NCBI GenBank assembly: GCA_964399055.1
Contig: CAYNPJ010000004.1
Span: forward strand, 11,158-75,157
Origin: an uncultured Ignavibacteria bacterium
GTDB lineage: Bacteria; Zixibacteria; MSB-5A5; DSPP01; RBG-1
DNA length: 64,000 nucleotides
Direction of reading: 5' to 3'
The position numbers and the translations under genes were made by a program. This document shows, piece after piece, positions 36,992 to 47,063 of the stretch (positions are counted from its first letter, which is position 1; each line of letters starts with the position of its first letter). Under the pieces are notes generated by a model. The model saw only the letters and a list, made by a program, of their open reading frames with translations, searched no databases and had not been told where the DNA came from.

Positions 36992-37693
36992 TTAACGGGC
37001 CGTGATTCTCACCACAATTATGCTGATTTCATAAAGGATGTATAGCGGGATTCCTAAGAGAAGCTGGGAAAAAACGTCCGGCGAGGGGGTAAGAACAGCG
37101 GCTAAAATTAATATAGAAACAAAGGCATATTTCCTGCCTTTGGCCAAGGAATACGAGCTGACGATGCCTAATTTCCCCAAGAAAAAAGTGATTATCGGCA
37201 ATTGGAAAACCAGGCCGAAGGCCAAGACCATCCAGGAGACAAAGCTGATGTAATCTCCGATCTTAATCAAAGGGAGAAGTTTCTCAGTCTGATAGCCTAA
37301 CAGGAACTTGATGCCTAAGGGGAGGACTAGAAAGTAGCAGAATACTACTCCTCCGAAGAAAAATAGAGTAGAAACAGAGACTACCGGTATGACATATCCG
37401 ACCTCTCTTTTGCTCAGGCCCGGGACGATAAACTGCCAGAGCTGGTATAGAATTACGGGAATTGAAGCGATAAGTCCCAGAATCAAAGAGAGTTTAATCC
37501 GGACCGCAAAAGCCTCAGTTGGCGCTGTAAAATAGACCGTCCCCACCGGCCGGGAGAGATAATCTATTATCTGTTCGGAAAAAAAGTAAATCGCTATCGA
37601 GAATATCAGAATCGAGGCAATCGATTTTATCAGTCTCCGGCGCAGCTCCTCTAAGTGGTCGAGGAAGCTCATCACTTTGGGGTCAGAGGGCAT
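36992..37693 (-). CDS. tatC: twin-arginine translocase subunit TatC
   Basis: MSFLDHLEELRRRL start and six TM helices typical of TatC. Confidence 0.85.
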   Translation of the reverse strand: MPSDPKVMSFLDHLEELRRRLIKSIASILIFSIAIYFFSEQIIDYLSRPVGTVYFTAPTEAFAVRIKLSLILGLIASIPVILYQLWQFIVPGLSKREVGYVIPVVSVSTLFFFGGVVFCYFLVLPLGIKFLLGYQTEKLLPLIKIGDYISFVSWMVLAFGLVFQLPIITFFLGKLGIVSSYSLAKGRKYAFVSILILAAVLTPSPDVFSQLLLGIPLYILYEISIIVVRITAR

Positions 37694-37739
37694 GGACTTA
37701 AGGGAAATTTATATGGCAGGCTGAAACTTGAGAGCTCAA

Positions 37740-38192
37740 TTAATCTAACAGCCCCTTAAGTTCTTCCAGGAATTCGCTTTTATCTTTAAACTTCCGGTAG
37801 ACCGAAGCAAAGCGGACGTAAGCCACCTCGTCCAGAGATTTTAACCGCTCCATCACCAGTTCCCCTATTTTTTTGCTGGTCACCTCGGTTCCTTTGGAGG
37901 AGTTCTGCAGCTCCTCCTCCAGTTGAGAAACCAGGTTATTTATCTGTTCTTCTGAGACAGGCCTTTTGTTGCAGGCCAGGGCAATACCCTTGAAAAGCTT
38001 CTGCCGGTCAAAGTCCTCTCTGCGTCCGTCACTTTTTACTACGCTCAGAGTTACTTTCTCTACGTATTCGTAAGTCGTGTAGCGTTTGCCGCAGGAAAGA
38101 CATTCCCTTCTTCGTCTGACTGAACGCCCGTCCTGGGCCGCTCTGGAGTCGACCACCTTATCTTCTTCTGAATCACAAAAAGGACATTTCAT
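37740..38192 (-). CDS. nrdR: transcriptional repressor NrdR
   Basis: MKCPFCDSEEDKVVDSRAAQDGRSVRRRRECLSCGKRYTTYE zinc ribbon plus ATP-cone. Confidence 0.92.
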   Translation of the reverse strand: MKCPFCDSEEDKVVDSRAAQDGRSVRRRRECLSCGKRYTTYEYVEKVTLSVVKSDGRREDFDRQKLFKGIALACNKRPVSEEQINNLVSQLEEELQNSSKGTEVTSKKIGELVMERLKSLDEVAYVRFASVYRKFKDKSEFLEELKGLLD

Positions 38193-38965
38193 AGAGATAT
38201 TTCTATTTTGTCGCCCACTTTGGCTTTGAGTTTTGAGCGGGCATTACCTTCACGCAGTCCTATTTCCAGAAAATCGCTGCTTCCGATATAGGCTAACAAC
38301 TCTCCTCTTTTGACCTCGGCAAAAGTTCTGCTGAGGGCTGGTATCGTGTGTCCTTTTATTCTCATTTTAAATCCATCAACCTGGCCCAGGTCTTGGGCCG
38401 TTACATTACTAACCAAATTCCCGAATTTGTCAATATGTATAATCTGGCCGATTATTCTGGCTTTGCTCTTCTTGATTCTGGGCAGGTCAAGTTCCTGGAT
38501 GTTTTTAAGTTTTGTCCCGAATTCCTCGGTTTTGATTCCTAAGGATAGGTAAGCCGCCACCGGCGCAAAAATATCCCGGCCCTGAAAAGTCGGGGAATTC
38601 CAACCTAGAAAATATCGTGAATTTTTGAGCTCAATGGCCTTTATAACTTTGTCTTTTCGCAGGATTAGACCAAAAATGCCATTGTCCGGGCCTATTAAAT
38701 AAAATCTCTCAGTCTGTATCAGAACTGCCTTTCTCTTACTCCCCACGCCCGGGTCGACTACAGCTAAGTGGATTGTCTCCCTGGGAAAAAGAGGAGCCGA
38801 ATTAAACAGACAGCAAGCCCCGGCCAGAACATTTTGAGAGGGAATCCGATGAGAAATATCAACTATATTTACTTTAGGATTAATGCTGAGAATGACACCC
38901 TTGATTGCGCCGGCATATCCATCCTGGGTGCCGAAATCAGTGGTCAGGGCGATGATTCTTTTCAA
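38189..38965 (-). CDS. SAM hydroxide adenosyltransferase family protein (DUF62, fluorinase/chlorinase-like fold)
   Basis: IIALTTDFGTQDGYAGAIKGVI...VVDPGVGS family motifs. Confidence 0.75.
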   Translation of the reverse strand: MKRIIALTTDFGTQDGYAGAIKGVILSINPKVNIVDISHRIPSQNVLAGACCLFNSAPLFPRETIHLAVVDPGVGSKRKAVLIQTERFYLIGPDNGIFGLILRKDKVIKAIELKNSRYFLGWNSPTFQGRDIFAPVAAYLSLGIKTEEFGTKLKNIQELDLPRIKKSKARIIGQIIHIDKFGNLVSNVTAQDLGQVDGFKMRIKGHTIPALSRTFAEVKRGELLAYIGSSDFLEIGLREGNARSKLKAKVGDKIEISL

Positions 38966-39388
38966 TTAAGAGAGGTCCAAGAGCTTTAAGCCAATTTCTG
39001 CATCCAATTTTCTGGAGACCGCCAGGCTGAAATCAAGAATAGTAATCTCGCCGGTGGCGTGTATCTGGGCTGAAAAAAGGTGGCCGCCAAAAGCCCGGCA
39101 GTCCTCATCGGAAATGGTCATATGGGCGTGAATGAGGGGCTTCCCCTCAAACTGAGAGATGTTTCCGGTAAGATTGACGATTTCAAATTCACCCTCAAAG
39201 GTTTCGCTCTGATATTCTTTGGTCTTCAGGTCATAATAGCCCAATTTAGGATTGGCTACTGCTCCGAGCCCGAACAGAAATCCTGATTGAAGTTTTTCTT
39301 TCTCTGCCAGAGAAGTGAGTGAAGCGATAATCTCTTCGCCTCGTTGTAATCTGATAAAATATCCGAATTTAGTCTTTTTGTATTCCAT
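38966..39388 (-). CDS. PPC/DUF296-domain protein
   Basis: About 140 aa with the typical DUF296 N-terminus (FIRLQRGEEIIASL) and a Gly-rich loop. Confidence 0.5.
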   Translation of the reverse strand: MEYKKTKFGYFIRLQRGEEIIASLTSLAEKEKLQSGFLFGLGAVANPKLGYYDLKTKEYQSETFEGEFEIVNLTGNISQFEGKPLIHAHMTISDEDCRAFGGHLFSAQIHATGEITILDFSLAVSRKLDAEIGLKLLDLS

Positions 39389-39711
39389 TAACTCCTCTTA
39401 GTCCCTTTCCTGACCCAGCTTAGATAATGTTTTTCCCCGGCGGCAATTGGAAGGGCAATTATCTCCGGAACCTCATAGCTGTGGTGTCTTTTCACCGAGG
39501 CAGAAAGCTTGGAAAACAGAACTCTATTGGTTTTAACCAGCAACAATGCCTCATTTTCTTCATTCAGCTTCTTGTTCCAGAAGAACAATGACTTAATTTC
39601 CGGCATGACATTCACGCAGGCCGCCAATCTTTTCTCCACCAACTCCTTCCCAATTTTTTCGGCTTCTGCGGAATTACGACAGGTAACCAGCACCACACAA
39701 AACTGGCTCAT
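39388..39711 (-). CDS. cutA: divalent-cation tolerance protein CutA
   Basis: VVLVTCRNSAEAEKIGKELVEKRLAACVNV...SWV CutA1 signature. Confidence 0.8.
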   Translation of the reverse strand: MSQFCVVLVTCRNSAEAEKIGKELVEKRLAACVNVMPEIKSLFFWNKKLNEENEALLLVKTNRVLFSKLSASVKRHHSYEVPEIIALPIAAGEKHYLSWVRKGTKRS

Positions 39712-40010
39712 CGCTTAATCTTGCGGCCTAAAGTCTTCTCCACTGAGTCAACTTTTGCTTTCAGTCTTCCTTTGGCCCCTTTGCGGTCGTCCAATTTGAT
39801 TACCCCATAGACCCGGTCGTGGTTTTTTCTAAGAGTGTGGTGGCATTTTTTGATTAAATTAAAAACCTCATCATAGTCTCCTTCCACCAAAGTGCCCATC
39901 GAGGTAGTTTGATAAGCCAGACCGGATTTATCAATAATGTCAATAATTCGTGAGACCGGCTTGGTCAAAGATTTTTCGCCGACCGGAAACAACGAAAATT
40001 GCACTAACAT
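39708..40010 (-). CDS. MTH1187/YkoF-family (UPF0045/DUF77) small protein
   Basis: About 100 aa; VQFSLFPVG...TSMGTLVEGDYDEVF pattern. Confidence 0.6.
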   Translation of the reverse strand: MLVQFSLFPVGEKSLTKPVSRIIDIIDKSGLAYQTTSMGTLVEGDYDEVFNLIKKCHHTLRKNHDRVYGVIKLDDRKGAKGRLKAKVDSVEKTLGRKIKR

Positions 40011-40018
40011 AACTCCTC

Positions 40019-41281
40019 CTATACCTCAACCTCTTCCATCAATCTCTCTTGATACAGAGGAAATTCCAGGCAAAGCTCCCGCACTTCTTCGCCAACTTCT
40101 TTGTAAACTGTTTCGTTGCCTAAACTAGATATGACCCGGTGGATAAACTTGGCAATCCTCTTCATTTCCGGCTCCTTCATTCCGCGTGTGGTTACTGCAG
40201 GCGTACCAATTCGAATGCCGGAGGTAATGAAAGGCTTTTGCGGGTCAAAGGGTACTGTGTTCTTATTGACGGTGATGCCTGCCTGCTCCAAGGCCTTTTC
40301 AATCTCTTTGCCAGTCAAGCCTTTTTCAATAAAAGAGAGCAACAGCAAATGCGTGTCCGTCCCGCCGGAAACCACATGATAGTCATAATTCTTCAACTCC
40401 CCTGCTAAGGTTTTGGCATTTTTCACAATCTGCTTTTGATATTCCTTAAACTCAGGCTCGAGCGCCTCTTTGAAAGCCACGGCCTTAGCGGCGATGATGT
40501 GCATCAAAGGCCCCCCCTGAATACCTGGCATGACCATCCCGTCGATTTCCTTGGCATATTTTTCCTTGCACATTATCATGCCGGCCCGGGGACCGCGTAA
40601 AGTCTTGTGCGTGGTGGTGGTAACGAAATCGGCATAAGGAATGGGCGATTGGTGCAGACCAGCTACTATAAGACCAGCAATATGGGCGATATCTACCATC
40701 AAGTAGGCGCCGACCGCATCCGCAGCTTCTCTGAATTTTTTGAAATCAAGCTCCCTTGGATAAGCCGAAGCCCCGGCGACAATCATCCTGGGCTTGTGTT
40801 CTTTGGCAATGGCTATTAACTCATCATAGTCGATGACTTCGGTATCCTTTCTGACTCCGTATGGCACGACTTTGTAAAAGCGCCCGGAAAAATTGACCGG
40901 ATGGCCATGAGTCAGATGCCCGCCATGCGAGAGATTCAAGCCTAAGATAGTGTCTCCCGGCTTCAGGAAGGCAAAATAGACCGCCATATTCGCCTGCGAG
41001 CCGGAATGAGGCTGGACATTGACATGCTCACAGCCGAAGAGCAGTTTAGCTCTCTCTCTGGCCAAGTTTTCAACCACATCGACAAATTCACAGCCGCCGT
41101 AGTATCTTTTCCCCGGATACCCCTCCGCATACTTATTGGTCATCACCGAGCCGGCCGCCTCCATCACCGCGTAGGAAACAAAGTTCTCCGAGGCGATGAG
41201 CTCTAATTTGTAAGCCTGGCGCTTAGTCTCGTTTAAGATGGCTTGATAGACTTCCGGGTCGGTTGTTTTCAAATAATTCAT
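40019..41281 (-). CDS. glyA: serine hydroxymethyltransferase
   Basis: SHMT motifs ([17 protein letters not shown]-lysine context); 420 aa. Confidence 0.95.
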   Translation of the reverse strand: MNYLKTTDPEVYQAILNETKRQAYKLELIASENFVSYAVMEAAGSVMTNKYAEGYPGKRYYGGCEFVDVVENLARERAKLLFGCEHVNVQPHSGSQANMAVYFAFLKPGDTILGLNLSHGGHLTHGHPVNFSGRFYKVVPYGVRKDTEVIDYDELIAIAKEHKPRMIVAGASAYPRELDFKKFREAADAVGAYLMVDIAHIAGLIVAGLHQSPIPYADFVTTTTHKTLRGPRAGMIMCKEKYAKEIDGMVMPGIQGGPLMHIIAAKAVAFKEALEPEFKEYQKQIVKNAKTLAGELKNYDYHVVSGGTDTHLLLLSFIEKGLTGKEIEKALEQAGITVNKNTVPFDPQKPFITSGIRIGTPAVTTRGMKEPEMKRIAKFIHRVISSLGNETVYKEVGEEVRELCLEFPLYQERLMEEVEV

Positions 41282-41292
41282 AGATGTATCGC

Positions 41293-41742
41293 TTAGAGTT
41301 TTCTGTCTAAATCTAAGATTTTTTTCACCCTTCTCTCATGCCTCCCCCCCTCAAATTTAGTCCCCATCCAGGCATCCACAATCTTCTTTGCCTCTGCCTC
41401 AGTCGTAAATGCGCCGGACAGCGCCAGCAGATTCGCATCATTATGTCCCCGCGCCAGTTTAGTATCTTCCACGGTTCGGACAACTGCCGCCCGAACGCCC
41501 TTAACTTTATTGGCCGCTATTGACATCCCGATCCCAGATTTACAAACCAAAACCCCCCAGTCCACTATCTTCTGCGAGACCTGCTCGGCCACTTTGACCG
41601 CAAAATCCGGATAATCCACCGACTCAGTCGAATTAGTCCCCAAATCTAAAGTCTCCACTCCTTTAGACTGCAGATACTTTTTAACTTTCTCTTTCAACTC
41701 ATAGCCGGCGTGGTCAGCGCCCAAAGCGACTTTCAATTTCAC
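41293..41742 (-). CDS. rpiB: ribose-5-phosphate isomerase B
   Basis: [20 protein letters not shown]...; 149 aa RpiB/LacAB family. Confidence 0.88.
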   Translation of the reverse strand: MKLKVALGADHAGYELKEKVKKYLQSKGVETLDLGTNSTESVDYPDFAVKVAEQVSQKIVDWGVLVCKSGIGMSIAANKVKGVRAAVVRTVEDTKLARGHNDANLLALSGAFTTEAEAKKIVDAWMGTKFEGGRHERRVKKILDLDRKL

Positions 41743-42650
41743 CTCTGCTGGACAAAGGTCAGCCAGTGCAGTTTTTCCGGGTCCTGGGCAGTGACAATCT
41801 TCATGAATCTCTCCTGCAACTGGCGGGTGAACTGGCCCGGCTCCCCGCAGCCGATTTTAATCTTATCGATATAAGTAATCGGGGAAATCTCTGCCGCAGT
41901 GCCGGTGAAAAAGACCTCGTCTGCCACATAGAGCGCTTCCCTGGGAATGTTCTCTTCGATGACCTTCAGGCCCATCTCCTGGGCCATGGTTATAACAGTA
42001 TTTCTGGTAATCCCCGGGAGAATCGAAGCCGCATAAGGCGGAGTAATCAGAGCTTTGTCCCGGACAATGAAGATATTCTCGCCGGAGCCTTCGGAGACGT
42101 AGCCGTAAGCATCCAGGGCAATCCCTTCCCCATAGCCATGGCTGAGGGCTTCTAACTTTATTAGCTGGGAATTCATATAGTTGGCCCCGGATTTGGCCAT
42201 AGAGGGCAATGTATTGGGAGCGATTCTAATCCAGGAGGAGACACAGGCAGTCGTATTCTGAAGATACTTGCCCCATTTCCAGACCCCGATGGCCACGTCA
42301 ATCGGCGTGCCAGTAGGGTCTACGCCTAAGTGACTGTAGCCCCGGTAAGCCACTGGCCGGATATAGCATTCTTCCATCTGGTTAGCTTTGACCGTATCGA
42401 TTATGGCCTGATTAATCTGTTCTTCAGTATAGGGGATTTCCATCCGGTAGATTTTGGCAGAATTGAATAACCTCTCGGTATGCTCCTTGAGCCGGAACAC
42501 AGCCGGGCCTTTTTGGGTCTTGTAGCAGCGAATCCCCTCGAAGACCGAGGAGCCGTAATGCACCACGTGGGACATGACGTGAATCTTAGCTTCGGCCCAC
42601 TCGGTCATTTTGCCGTTCATCCAGATTTTTCCCTTTCCTTCAAAAGGCAT
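41739..42650 (-). CDS. ilvE: branched-chain amino acid aminotransferase
   Basis: Fold type IV PLP aminotransferase motifs (YIRPVAYRG..., EVFFTGTAAEISPI). Confidence 0.88.
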   Translation of the reverse strand: MPFEGKGKIWMNGKMTEWAEAKIHVMSHVVHYGSSVFEGIRCYKTQKGPAVFRLKEHTERLFNSAKIYRMEIPYTEEQINQAIIDTVKANQMEECYIRPVAYRGYSHLGVDPTGTPIDVAIGVWKWGKYLQNTTACVSSWIRIAPNTLPSMAKSGANYMNSQLIKLEALSHGYGEGIALDAYGYVSEGSGENIFIVRDKALITPPYAASILPGITRNTVITMAQEMGLKVIEENIPREALYVADEVFFTGTAAEISPITYIDKIKIGCGEPGQFTRQLQERFMKIVTAQDPEKLHWLTFVQQR

Positions 42651-42666
42651 AGGCTCTCCTTAGATG

Positions 42667-43806
42667 CTATAAGTTTTTCAAAAGCTGACGCGCGATCACG
42701 ATTCTTAGAATCTCTGAGGTCCCTTCCCCGATTTCGCACAGCTTCTGGTCCCGGTACATTCTCTCCAGGGGGTAAGAGGACATATATCCGTATCCGCCCA
42801 AGATTTGCATGGCCTGATAGACTACCTGCCGGCCAATCTCAGAGGCAAAGAGCTTGGCCATGGCCGCTTCTCTGGTAAAGGGCTTGCCTGAGTCCTTTAA
42901 ATAAGCGGCATTATAGACCAAATTTCTGGCAGCCTCAATCTTGGTAGCCATGTCAGCCAGTTTCCACTGGATGGCCTGGAACTCTGAAATAGAGTGACCG
43001 AACTGTTTTCTCTGCTTGGCGAACTTCAGGGCAATCTCAAGAGCAGCCTGTGCAATTCCTACTGACATAGCCCCTATGCCGATGCGGCCCGCATCCAAAA
43101 TCTGCAGGAACTGCTTGAACCCCTCTCCTTCTTTGCCCAACAGGTTCTCTTTGGGAACCTTGATTTCTTCGAAGTGAATCAAGGCTGTGTCAGAGGCCCG
43201 CAAACCCATTTTATCCTCTTTTTTCCCCACTGAGAATCCGGGCCATTTGCTTTCCACTATGAAAGAGCTTATCTCCCTGGCCTTGGCCGAATCGGCTCTC
43301 TTGGCGGTGATTATCAGCACTCCCCCGATGCTCCCATTGGTGATGAAACATTTGCTGCCATTGAGAACATAGGCCCCCCCGTTTTCTGAGAAATTGGTCT
43401 TGGTGCCTCCGGCATCCGAGCCGGCCTCCGGCTCGGTCAGGCCGAAGGCGCCCAGAATCTCGCCTCGTGCCAGTGGAGGGACGTATTTTTCGCGTTGAGA
43501 CTGATTACCGAAGTTGAAGATGGGATTCAGACACAGGGAATTGTGAGCCGCATAGGTTATGGCCGTAGAGCCGCAAACCGCCGAGAGCTCCTCCAGCACG
43601 ATTAAGTAGTGGAAAGTGCTCAGACCCAACCCCCCATACTCCTTGGGTATCATTATCCCCAGGAAGCCCTTTTGAGCTAGCTTCCTGATGTTTTCAGCCG
43701 GGAATTCCATGGACTGGTCAATCTGGTCGGCAGTCGGAGCAATCTCTGACCGGGCGAACTCATTTATTTCGGCTCTAAACTTCTCTAATTCAGGCGAAAG
43801 TTTCAT
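42667..43806 (-). CDS. acyl-CoA dehydrogenase
   Basis: ACAD N/middle/C domains; catalytic Glu context YEGTSEI. Confidence 0.9.
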   Translation of the reverse strand: MKLSPELEKFRAEINEFARSEIAPTADQIDQSMEFPAENIRKLAQKGFLGIMIPKEYGGLGLSTFHYLIVLEELSAVCGSTAITYAAHNSLCLNPIFNFGNQSQREKYVPPLARGEILGAFGLTEPEAGSDAGGTKTNFSENGGAYVLNGSKCFITNGSIGGVLIITAKRADSAKAREISSFIVESKWPGFSVGKKEDKMGLRASDTALIHFEEIKVPKENLLGKEGEGFKQFLQILDAGRIGIGAMSVGIAQAALEIALKFAKQRKQFGHSISEFQAIQWKLADMATKIEAARNLVYNAAYLKDSGKPFTREAAMAKLFASEIGRQVVYQAMQILGGYGYMSSYPLERMYRDQKLCEIGEGTSEILRIVIARQLLKNL

Positions 43807-43849
43807 CTGGCCTTATAGCGATTTAATGTATTTATCAAATCTCTAAAAT

Positions 43850-44992
43850 CTAATCCCTCAAAAGCTCTCTGGATATAACTATTCTCTGCGCTTCTGAAGT
43901 CCCTTCGTAAATCTCGGTGATGCGGGCATCCCGGAAATATCTTTCCACGGCATACTCCTTCATGTAGCCGTAGCCGCCGTGAATCTGGACTGCCTCGTTG
44001 GCTACGTAATTGCACGTTTCCGAGGCAAACAGCTTGGCCATGGAGGATTCTTTAGTAAAAGGCTGTCCGGTAGACTGTAAATGAGCCGCCTGATAGACTA
44101 ACCATCTGGCCGCCTCAATTCGCATGGCCATGTCCGCTAACTTGAATTGAATGCCCTGGAAATTGGCAATTGGCTGGCCGAATTGCTTGCGCTGGAGGGA
44201 ATATCTGATAGATTCGTCCAAAGCGGCTTCCGCAATCCCCAGAGCCTGGGCTCCCACTCCGATTCGGCCATGGTTGAGAATGGTTAAAGCCATTCTGAAG
44301 CCGTGATTCTCTTCGCCGATTAAATTCTCCTTGGGAACCGGAGTGTCGGAGAGAGAAACTTCTCTGGTGTCAGAGCATTTAATTCCCAACTTTTTTTCCG
44401 GAGCCCCTAGGGTCAGGCCCGAAGACTTGGCTTCTACCACAAATCCAGAAATGCCCCTCGATTTCAAATCCGGCTTGGTCAGGGCAAACACCAAGAAGAT
44501 GTCCGCAATTCCGGCATTGGTGACAAAGGATTTGGTGCCGTTGAGAATGTATTGCTCTCCGCGCAGAACTGCAGTGGCAGACATTCCGCCGGCATCAGTT
44601 CCAGAACCGGGCTCGGTCAGGCAATAAGCGCCAATTAACTCTCCTTTGGCCATGCGCGGCAGATACTTCTGCTTTAATTGTTCGGAGCCGAATTGCACCA
44701 ATCCCTCGCAGAATAAAGTATTGTGGACTGACACCACAATCATCAATCCGGCTGAAACCTTGGCCAGCTCTTCTAACATCAGGACGTAAGAAAGCATATC
44801 TAAATCTAAGCCGCCGTACTCCTCCGGTATGCGGATTCCAAAATACCCTAATTCGGCCAGCTCCTGCAGAATTTCTCTGGGTACTTCTTCTTTTTCATCC
44901 ATCTCCCTGGCCAGGGAGGTAATCCTTTTCTGGGCGAATTCCCGGGCTGCCTCCTGGACAGTTTTCTGGTCTTCGGTCAGTTCGAAATTCAT
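43850..44992 (-). CDS. acyl-CoA dehydrogenase (short-chain/butyryl-CoA dehydrogenase-like)
   Basis: ACAD signature; IYEGTSEAQRIVI. Confidence 0.9.
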   Translation of the reverse strand: MNFELTEDQKTVQEAAREFAQKRITSLAREMDEKEEVPREILQELAELGYFGIRIPEEYGGLDLDMLSYVLMLEELAKVSAGLMIVVSVHNTLFCEGLVQFGSEQLKQKYLPRMAKGELIGAYCLTEPGSGTDAGGMSATAVLRGEQYILNGTKSFVTNAGIADIFLVFALTKPDLKSRGISGFVVEAKSSGLTLGAPEKKLGIKCSDTREVSLSDTPVPKENLIGEENHGFRMALTILNHGRIGVGAQALGIAEAALDESIRYSLQRKQFGQPIANFQGIQFKLADMAMRIEAARWLVYQAAHLQSTGQPFTKESSMAKLFASETCNYVANEAVQIHGGYGYMKEYAVERYFRDARITEIYEGTSEAQRIVISRELLRD

Positions 44993-45001
44993 TTTTTCCT
45001 C

Positions 45002-46195
45002 TCAGAGCATGTCCACTGCTAAGGCCACGGCGTTTCCTCCGCCCAGACATAGAGTGGCTAATCCCCGCTTGCCGCCTTTATCTTTCAGCGCGTAAAGAAG
45101 TGTGGTTAGAATTCTGGCGCCTGAGGCTCCAATCGGATGTCCTAAGGCTACGGCACCGCCATGAACGTTGACCTTCTTCCAGTCCCAACCGAGCTCTTTG
45201 CCATCGGCTAAGCACTGGGCTGAGAAAGCCTCATTAGCCTCAACCAGGTCAAATTGATTGATTTCTTTATTACCGAGCTTGTCCATCAAACTGCGAACCG
45301 CATAGATAGGGGCATAGAACAACAACTCCGGCGGTGTTCCTGCGGTGGCGTAGTTAACGATTTTGGCTATTGGTTTAATCCCTTTCTCCTTAGCTTTGTC
45401 TGCGGACATGACCACTAAGGCAGAAGCGCCATCGTTTAATCCTGGAGCATTGCCGGCAGTCACAGTCCCATCCTTCTGGAAAGCCGGTCTCAGTTTAGCT
45501 AAGGTTTCCATCGAAGTATTCGGCCTGGGCCCTTCGTCGGTGTCGAAAATTATGGGGTCGCCCTTCTTCTGAGGTATGGATACGGGGACAATTTCTGCCT
45601 TGAATTTGCCTGCTTTTTGCGCGGCCACTGCTTTCATATGGGAGTTGTAAGCGTACTCATCCTGCTGTTCCCTGGTAATATTGGACTTCTTGGCAGTCAA
45701 TTCTGCTGCATTTCCCATATGGAAGTTATTGAAAGAATCCCACAGGCCGTCTAATATCATTGAATCCAAAAGAGTCTGGTGCCCGAACTTGAAACCTCCT
45801 TTAGCGCCATGCAGAACATATGGCGTTGAAGACATCGACTCCATCCCTCCGGCTACAATTATGTCGGCATCTCCACAACGAATAGCCTGAGCGGCCAGCA
45901 TAACTGCTTTCAAACCTGAGCCGCAGACTTTATTTATTGTGACTGCGCCTTTTTCAGCCGGAATCCCAGCATGAATGGCCGCCTGACGGCCAGGCGCCTG
46001 GCCAGCTCCGGCTTGGACCACGTGGCCCATTATTACTTCATCTACATCTTCCGGTTTAATTCCGGCCCGGTTGACTGCTTCTTTGATGACAATCGAGCCT
46101 AATTGCGGCGCGGTAAAGGACGCCAGGCCGCTCAAAATGTTACCTATGGCTGTCCGACAGGCGGACACTATTACTGCATCTCTTAATTCTGGCAT
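45002..46195 (-). CDS. acetyl-CoA C-acetyltransferase (thiolase II)
   Basis: Thiolase catalytic Cys context (VNKVCGSGL), NVHGGAVALGHPIGASG, C-terminal CLGGG. Confidence 0.93.
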   Translation of the reverse strand: MPELRDAVIVSACRTAIGNILSGLASFTAPQLGSIVIKEAVNRAGIKPEDVDEVIMGHVVQAGAGQAPGRQAAIHAGIPAEKGAVTINKVCGSGLKAVMLAAQAIRCGDADIIVAGGMESMSSTPYVLHGAKGGFKFGHQTLLDSMILDGLWDSFNNFHMGNAAELTAKKSNITREQQDEYAYNSHMKAVAAQKAGKFKAEIVPVSIPQKKGDPIIFDTDEGPRPNTSMETLAKLRPAFQKDGTVTAGNAPGLNDGASALVVMSADKAKEKGIKPIAKIVNYATAGTPPELLFYAPIYAVRSLMDKLGNKEINQFDLVEANEAFSAQCLADGKELGWDWKKVNVHGGAVALGHPIGASGARILTTLLYALKDKGGKRGLATLCLGGGNAVALAVDML

Positions 46196-46224
46196 GACAA
46201 CCTCCTATTTATTTAGGACTATTC

Positions 46225-47034
46225 TTATTTGATTTTATCAATATCAAAATCATTTCCTTTAATCTTTCGATTTAGAAGATAAATTTCATCTATGTTTTTG
46301 TGAACATTAGGGCCCTCTTGAACCATAAGTTTCATTGCATTTGGTTCAGGAAAGGAGTGACCTTCACGACTATTAATAGCCAACAAGATGGTTTTCTTGC
46401 CCTCTTCTTTTGGGATTGCTAACTTTGCGTTATTGTCAAGAATTACTGCTCGCAGAGCATTATTACCTATTTCAGTGCCTATACCAATTCCATACCCTCC
46501 ATCTGTGTTAGACAAGATCAATATTCCAGGCTTTGCTGCGTCGACCACACTTAAGGAACAGTTTACTCGTAAGGTGTCGTTCAACTTGAGTGTCCTGACT
46601 ATTCTTTGAGGGTTATCTATATTTTCATATGCGGTAGTCATCCATTTCAGTAACTCGGTGACCCTAGCTTTACATTCTGTACTCTCATCTCTCAAGGGTA
46701 CTCTATTAAAATCTATATTAAATATATATTCCTTGGTAGGTGTAAATTCTTTAGAAAGTTCGCGTCGCAATTCTTCTACAAAATTCGCATATATATTGGA
46801 ATCCCTCATATCAGCTTCGCTTTTGTAGATTCCACCTAGCTCTACGGCTAATGAAGGGTCACGCCCATATTGTTCTTGATAAAGAAAATCATATGTTCCA
46901 TTGATCTGCTTGGAGATTGGGTCAGTTTTATCCTCTGGTCTACACTTAAATTGATACTCCATGCCGTTTCGTTTGTTATAATACACTATGAATTTATCCA
47001 CTTGGAATCTTTCTTCCACATGCTTAAGCGCCAT
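46225..47034 (-). CDS. hypothetical protein, compositionally foreign (about 35% GC) ORFan inside the CoA-transferase/thiolase operon
   Basis: Uninterrupted 270-280 codon ORF with GAGGGG SD before ATG 47034 (alternative TTG 47067 overlaps the atoA-like stop); no recognisable motif; AT-rich codon usage unlike its neighbours. Confidence 0.55.
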   Translation of the reverse strand: MALKHVEERFQVDKFIVYYNKRNGMEYQFKCRPEDKTDPISKQINGTYDFLYQEQYGRDPSLAVELGGIYKSEADMRDSNIYANFVEELRRELSKEFTPTKEYIFNIDFNRVPLRDESTECKARVTELLKWMTTAYENIDNPQRIVRTLKLNDTLRVNCSLSVVDAAKPGILILSNTDGGYGIGIGTEIGNNALRAVILDNNAKLAIPKEEGKKTILLAINSREGHSFPEPNAMKLMVQEGPNVHKNIDEIYLLNRKIKGNDFDIDKIK

Positions 47035-47063
47035 TTTCCCCTCTTGAAATACACCGTTGCTTG